Under the pieces are notes generated by a model, which worked only from the letters and a program-made list of their open reading frames with translations, was not told the DNA's origin and did not search any database. The translations under genes and the position numbers were made by a program. DNA of 61,264 bases, filler included, from Candidatus Woesearchaeota archaeon (GTDB lineage: Archaea > Nanobdellota > Nanobdellia > Woesearchaeales > J072): the NCBI GenBank assembly GCA_003695265.1. It is 13 parts of 13 records of this genome, joined end to end, with 100 filler letters (N's around TTAATTAATTAA, not from the genome) between each part and the next. Parts side by side here need not be neighbours in the genome. Positions count along the whole stretch, not along the records: positions 57,478 to 61,264 come from RFII01000039.1; 12 more parts are not named here. One strand, given 5' to 3'. Of this stretch, positions 57,480-61,264 are shown piece after piece; the first letter of the stretch is position 1; each line of letters starts with the position of its first letter.

Positions 57480-58193
57480 TTAAATATTATGCTGTGCTGC
57501 TTTTCTGACAGCATTCTCAGTGTAAGCCTGCAAACGAGAATACATTTCTTTATATATTGAAGGAAGTGCATGACCCCAAGCGTTCTCAACAGGTTTTTCC
57601 TCACCAACAAACTCGTGCAGAGTTGTAACGACTGCTGGCAAGCCTTTTAGGATTTCCCTTGCTCGGCCAGCATTCCTCGGGTCCATTGCAAGGAACAAGT
57701 CAATGGTTTCGTCAGCAACTGTTGGCTTTCCTGTTTCTCCCAGTTCAAGCCCTTGCTCTCTTAAGTAAATTCCTCTTTGTTCATGCTCGTATGAGCTGAG
57801 AGCCACTGCGGTTTTTCTAATAAGAGAATCAATAATTTCTCTGAGTTCCTCACTGGAATTGTAGTGATCTTCTGTTACTCTTCTACTAATGACACTCCTC
57901 ACTAAATCTTTTTCTGTAGGAGTATAAATAGGGCTTCCTTTGCCAGGCTCGGCCTTGGATTCATCTTCAGCTTCAGAATTATAATCTAAGCCTTTGTCAA
58001 GAACGTACAACATTCCGTTCCAGTCATAATTCCTATTATTAATTGATTCTGCCTGTGTTCCTGAGGAGCTGACATCCAGTCTGTCTTCAAGACCTAATTC
58101 CTTAATAGCCCTTCTTGCAATGGCCTCAGCTACAGGGCTTCTTCCTTGGTTAGCAGTGCAGGCGAATTGAATGTGAAGTTTTCCATCTTTCAT
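57480..58193 (-). CDS. Low-molecular-weight protein tyrosine phosphatase/ArsC-like protein with a large insertion
   Basis: P-loop FACTANQGRSPVAE, SSGT, DLFLAMD. Confidence 0.8.
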   Translation of the reverse strand: MKDGKLHIQFACTANQGRSPVAEAIARRAIKELGLEDRLDVSSSGTQAESINNRNYDWNGMLYVLDKGLDYNSEAEDESKAEPGKGSPIYTPTEKDLVRSVISRRVTEDHYNSSEELREIIDSLIRKTAVALSSYEHEQRGIYLREQGLELGETGKPTVADETIDLFLAMDPRNAGRAREILKGLPAVVTTLHEFVGEEKPVENAWGHALPSIYKEMYSRLQAYTENAVRKAAQHNI

Positions 58194-58275
58194 AACGATG
58201 ATTATAAGAAAATATTATTTAAATGTTTCGATTTTTTACCATTAAATAGTGATAATAATGTAAATTTTTTCAATT

Positions 58276-58680
58276 TTATTTTTTGCCAGAAAGCTTTTTC
58301 CTCAGCAAGGTTGACTTGTAAACTTTCGGCTGGAAAGGGCTTATCCTGACAATTTTTATGCCTAGCTCCTCAAGATTTTCTGTGAAGTGAGTCTGGTCAT
58401 AGCCAAGAGCAATAATGTCCGGGTTAATCTCTTTTACAATGTCAAGCTTATCACCTTCAAGGTTCCCAAGCCTCGCCTCATCAACGTACACTAGGTTTGC
58501 AACCCTTCTCAGGCGCTCCTCCTCAGTATGTATTGGAATCAAGTGCTTAACGCTCTCAACAGTCTTGTCCCTGGCAACAACGACAACGAGGTAGTCTCCA
58601 AGCTTTTTTGCTTCGCGAAGGTAATGCTTGTGACCTCTGTGCAGGATGTCAAAAGTGCCGAAAGCAAGGACTTTTTTCAT
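58276..58680 (-). CDS. ribL: Archaeal FAD synthase (cytidylyltransferase family)
   Basis: GTFDILHRGH, VVVARD, PDIIALGYDQ. Confidence 0.85.
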   Translation of the reverse strand: MKKVLAFGTFDILHRGHKHYLREAKKLGDYLVVVVARDKTVESVKHLIPIHTEEERLRRVANLVYVDEARLGNLEGDKLDIVKEINPDIIALGYDQTHFTENLEELGIKIVRISPFQPKVYKSTLLRKKLSGKK

Positions 58681-58733
58681 CTTAGTCTTTTGCTTTATAT
58701 AATTCAAACTTAAAAATGTTTTGATTAAGAAAA

Positions 58734-59273
58734 TTAGACAACACGAACCTTAAAATATTTGTTTCTAATCAAACCGCCCATGTAATCATGATAGAAAACA
58801 GTCTTTCCATTCCATGTTATTTCTTCGCTTCCAGTGAATCTTTTTATATCACCATTCCAAGAAGTCCTGTAAACAAATTCCCCTCTAAACAATTTACCGT
58901 CAAATTCAAACTCGTTTAAAGAGAAAACAGGAGGCCCTCTTACAGGAAAATCATGTGGGAGGCTCATCAAGGCTTGTTTTAAGAATGCTGTTATTGGCTC
59001 TGCAATGTCCCAAAAAGGCTCAAGAGTTCCTCCTCTGTACTGCATAGACCACACTAAAACCATGTCAAAATAAACATCTTCGGTGCCGCGCTCCATAGTA
59101 TTCCCATTGTAAGACTCTGTGAACAGCCATGGAAGCTCTCTGTTGGAATAAAGTGAGCTGCCGTCCGACTGGCTTACTTTAATGTCAGTTGCGGCAAAAC
59201 ATTTTCTCTTTGAGCGGAAAATAAAATCAACAAGTTCATCAAGTTTAAGCTCGATTTCATTACCAAAATTCAT
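58734..59273 (-). CDS. DUF5680-like protein
   Basis: G.E.V.....VWSM.Y.G, FLK.AL, P.RGP, F.G.E.I, Y.GG pattern, recognised from memory of the family. Confidence 0.7.
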   Translation of the reverse strand: MNFGNEIELKLDELVDFIFRSKRKCFAATDIKVSQSDGSSLYSNRELPWLFTESYNGNTMERGTEDVYFDMVLVWSMQYRGGTLEPFWDIAEPITAFLKQALMSLPHDFPVRGPPVFSLNEFEFDGKLFRGEFVYRTSWNGDIKRFTGSEEITWNGKTVFYHDYMGGLIRNKYFKVRVV

Positions 59274-60100
59274 TTTTTAAAACCTCCATGATGAAAGTAT
59301 AATTTGCATTTTAACCCATGTTTACGACAGTAATCAAGAACTTCTTCTCTTATAGGATTCCAGCTTTGAGGATTACTTCTGAGCTCATTGTAGAAAGTGA
59401 TGAGGTCTGGCTGGAATTCTTCAAGAAAAGAGTAAACAGCGTTAATATTGTTTGCCCTTATATTGAGGTTCTCAAACATGACCTCTTCAACATAATCTTT
59501 CGAGGCAAAGACTAATTCTTGGTATTCTGATATTCCCGGCATTAAGGGTGAAACAAAAAGGTAAGTTCTTACGCCTTCCTCATGTATTCTTCTTAATGAT
59601 TCTAACCGCGCAGAAGGGCTTGAAGAGAACGGCTCAATCCTCCTTGAGATTTTATGATTTAAAACACTAACTGAGACGCCAACCCTGATATTTGGGATTT
59701 GTTTAAAAATATCAATATCTCTTTTTACAAGCGCTGATTTTGTTAAGACATCAATCCTTGCGCTTGACCCAATAAACCTCTCAAGGACTCTTCTTGTTAT
59801 TTTATATTTTGCTTCAAGAGGCTGATAAGGGTCGGTCACTGAGCTTAAAAGAATTCTCATCCCGTCAAATTTGTGAGGGTTAATCCTGTCAAAATCGAAT
59901 TGTTTAACATCAACAAAAGAGCCCCATTCTTCTGGGGAATGCCCTGTGAACCTCCTCATAAAGTCGGCATAACAGTATATGCAGCCATGCTGGCATCCAA
60001 CGTAAGGGTTTATGACGAAGTCTGCGTCAGGAAGACTGCTTTTTGTTATTATGCTTTTTACCCTTACAACTTCGACTTTCACTTTATCCTCTAATCCCAT
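59270..60100 (-). CDS. Radical SAM protein, spore-photoproduct-lyase-like family
   Basis: INPYVGCQHGCIYCYA, SSVTDPYQPLE, LTKS, IEP...R; probable start ATG 60100. Confidence 0.9.
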   Translation of the reverse strand: MGLEDKVKVEVVRVKSIITKSSLPDADFVINPYVGCQHGCIYCYADFMRRFTGHSPEEWGSFVDVKQFDFDRINPHKFDGMRILLSSVTDPYQPLEAKYKITRRVLERFIGSSARIDVLTKSALVKRDIDIFKQIPNIRVGVSVSVLNHKISRRIEPFSSSPSARLESLRRIHEEGVRTYLFVSPLMPGISEYQELVFASKDYVEEVMFENLNIRANNINAVYSFLEEFQPDLITFYNELRSNPQSWNPIREEVLDYCRKHGLKCKLYFHHGGFKK

Positions 60101-61193
60101 CTTTATTATATAAATAATCTTTTTTTTGAAATAACGCGTCAGGACTTCCCGGATTGGCGTTAAGGAAGGCGAACACTTTGCAGTGCCCAAAATTCTCGTC
60201 TGCTCTTGCCATAATCCTCTGTGCTTTCTCTCCAAAGTAAATAGTTTTAATGTCTTCTTTTTTAAGATCGCCTAAGACGAACTGCTCGTCAAGTGGTTGG
60301 CCGATGTGATTGTATGCCCAAGGACTTGCCAAAACAATTCCTAAAGAGGTTATTCCTAACGAAGATCTAACAGAATCACAAGGATTGCCCTTGTTTTTGT
60401 TGGGAAACAAATGCTTTAATGCGCACTGAAGCCTAACTTTTGGTATGCCATATTTCTTTTCAAGTTGCTTGTATTCATGAATAGCGCTCACGTATTCCTC
60501 CAGGGTTGGGAGAGTAATATTGTTTTTTATACCCCTACCAACAGGGAATGTTCTTAAAAGTAATAACTCAGGAATTCTTGCTTCATGAAGATCCAAATAA
60601 ATACTTCTGATAATATCTGGATTCATATTCTCTCTGTAAAGAGGTGTCTGCGCTTTTGTTTTCACACCTAATTGAGTAAATAATTTTGCTTTGCGTAAAT
60701 TTGAAGTATTGTAACCTGCAGGCCTGTTGTTTTGGTTTTTTCCGTTAGTATTATCATATGTAAAATCTAATTTCCCAATAATATCACAAAGTTTAGAGGG
60801 ATCCACTCTTGAGAGGCCAGCACCTGTTGGAGTTATGGATATGTTGCCTCTTCCAAAATACTGGCTTGCTCTTCTTATAACTTCAAGGTTTTCATGGTTT
60901 AGTAGAGGGTCCCCTCCTGAGAAATCGATTTCACAGTTGAAAGGAAGAAGATTCTCAAGAATTGTAAGTTTGTCTTTTAATGTTAATTCAAGACCTAGTT
61001 CTTGGAGCTTTCTAAGCGCAGATTCAAAAACGTTTCCGTTATTTGTTGTCTCGATTGTTTTTTCCAAACCACCAAGCCTTATCCTTGTGGCTCTATCAAC
61101 GCTTGAAACGTGATATGAGTCTGTGCAGCAAAACCCGCAATCCCACGCGCATAATCTTGTGATGTTCCAAATCAGATCAATTTTTTGTTTCAT
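60084..61193 (-). CDS. Radical SAM protein with a SPASM/twitch-like C-terminus
   Basis: WNITRLCAWDCGFCC, FSGGDPL, C-terminal Cys residues and LGDL. Confidence 0.88.
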   Translation of the reverse strand: MKQKIDLIWNITRLCAWDCGFCCTDSYHVSSVDRATRIRLGGLEKTIETTNNGNVFESALRKLQELGLELTLKDKLTILENLLPFNCEIDFSGGDPLLNHENLEVIRRASQYFGRGNISITPTGAGLSRVDPSKLCDIIGKLDFTYDNTNGKNQNNRPAGYNTSNLRKAKLFTQLGVKTKAQTPLYRENMNPDIIRSIYLDLHEARIPELLLLRTFPVGRGIKNNITLPTLEEYVSAIHEYKQLEKKYGIPKVRLQCALKHLFPNKNKGNPCDSVRSSLGITSLGIVLASPWAYNHIGQPLDEQFVLGDLKKEDIKTIYFGEKAQRIMARADENFGHCKVFAFLNANPGSPDALFQKKDYLYNKDGIRG

Positions 61194-61264
61194 TTTTTAT
61201 AGTTACATCTAATTTGAATTAATCCAGTTTAAAGCAGATAATTGGCAAAAATGTTTAAAAGAGA

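Overview
This is a scaffold of 13 short contigs joined by 12 artificial 100-nt N/TTAATTAATTAA linkers, so gene order across linkers means nothing. The genome is archaeal (Rpo11/RpoL, TFS, L35Ae, deoxyhypusine synthase, METTL5-like MTase, tRNA introns with bulge-helix-bulge (BHB) ends). Its compact AT-rich layout and many orphan proteins suggest a DPANN lineage such as Woesearchaeota (inference). Housekeeping genes include OFOR alpha/beta, FNR-like reductase, SMC, RNase HII, MnmA, signal peptidase, PLD, CorA, RdgB, HIT and RibL. The main signal is non-coding. Twelve tRNA genes carry 21 introns that I could place by hand: 8 at canonical 37/38, 8 in the T-loop (59/60) and 5 in the D-loop. One 86-nt inverted-repeat-ended element is the T-loop intron of four tRNAs. 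It is inverted relative to its host in tRNA-Ser(GGA), and a free copy lies outside any tRNA, so it looks like mobile DNA using tRNA introns as a safe harbour. A separate 85-120 bp MITE-like family has five copies flanked by 8-10 bp direct repeats. No CRISPR array, rRNA, transposase or splicing endonuclease gene is visible. All calls come from manual reading; no database search was run.
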